DNA of 64,000 nucleotides from Escherichia coli (GTDB lineage Bacteria; Pseudomonadota; Gammaproteobacteria; Enterobacterales; Enterobacteriaceae): NCBI RefSeq assembly GCF_036507355.1, contig NZ_AP027877.1; one strand, 5' to 3'. Shown piece by piece: positions 63,727 to 64,000 of this stretch (position 1 is its first letter; each line of letters starts with the position of its first letter). The notes under the pieces were generated by a model. It saw only the letters and a program-made list of their open reading frames with translations, ran no database searches and was not told where the DNA came from. The position numbers and the translations under genes were made by a program.

Positions 63727-64000
63727 CAGCCTATATTTACCGTGCCGCCACCGATAACCACGCCGCCGCAGTCAACAGCATCACCGCTTCTGGCGGCGGG
63801 CAGACCGTCAATAAAGACGGTTGAAGAACCTCTGGCGATTTTTCGGGGATGAGGGGGATGCTTCGGTTTAGCATGCGGCGTCAGCGGATCTCCCTGACGG
63901 GCTGCGGGAAGACCATCGATAAAGACGGTGGATGACCCGGCGGTGATGACGGTCTCGTAATAACCGTCGTGCTGGGTGCCTTTGTCGGTGAGTTTGGCTG
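63727..64000 (-). CDS. PAAR-domain protein, 3' portion (5' end beyond window)
   Basis: minus-strand translation ...SSTVFIDGLPAARQGDPLTPH...GSSTVFIDGLPAARSGDAVDCGGVVIGGGTVNIG*: repeated PAAR motifs; stop at 63727, 19 bp upstream of vgrG start. Confidence 0.7.

Noticed and set aside
1-64000. CRISPR arrays, rRNA or tRNA genes
   Set aside because: No regularly spaced short direct repeats and no sequences resembling rRNA or tRNA cloverleaf regions were noticed on reading; a tRNA/CRISPR finder would be needed to exclude them formally

Overview
This window reads as an Escherichia coli chromosomal segment matching the K-12 yddA to pptA region in reverse-complement orientation (identified by recalled protein sequences, not by any search). 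Conserved backbone, in order: yddA, yddB, pqqL, gadBC, yddW/digH, dosCP, ddpXABCDF, osmC, bdm, sra, maeA, adhP, yddM, fdnGHI (selenoprotein), yddG, narU-narZYWV, yddE, nhoA, yddH, pptA. Three stretches differ from what I recall of K-12. (1) 22.6-29.4 kb: a LysR-regulated ketone-body (3-hydroxybutyrate/acetoacetate) catabolic operon sits between ddpF and osmC. (2) 40.0-43.9 kb: an intact OmpC-family porin and two tandem IpaH-like leucine-rich-repeat proteins (yddL/yddK/yddJ are fragments in K-12), in AT-rich DNA. (3) 55.7-64.0 kb: the most interesting part, a decayed and rearranged type VI secretion cargo island. It contains the 3' end of a PAAR gene, a vgrG split by a 1264-bp IS3-family (IS600-like) element with a 3-bp GGA target duplication, a possible DUF2169-like adaptor, a PAAR-like (DUF4150-type) effector with a C-terminal papain/C39-like cysteine peptidase domain plus small downstream immunity candidate, an HExxH zinc-metallopeptidase-like orphan toxin with two small downstream ORFs, and at the inner edge an ISAs1 (H-repeat) transposase remnant and a GGDEF C-terminal fragment. 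No rRNA, tRNA or CRISPR array was seen. All coordinates are from manual reading of the sequence and ORF track; domain calls rest on motif recognition and need confirmation by HMM or BLAST searches.
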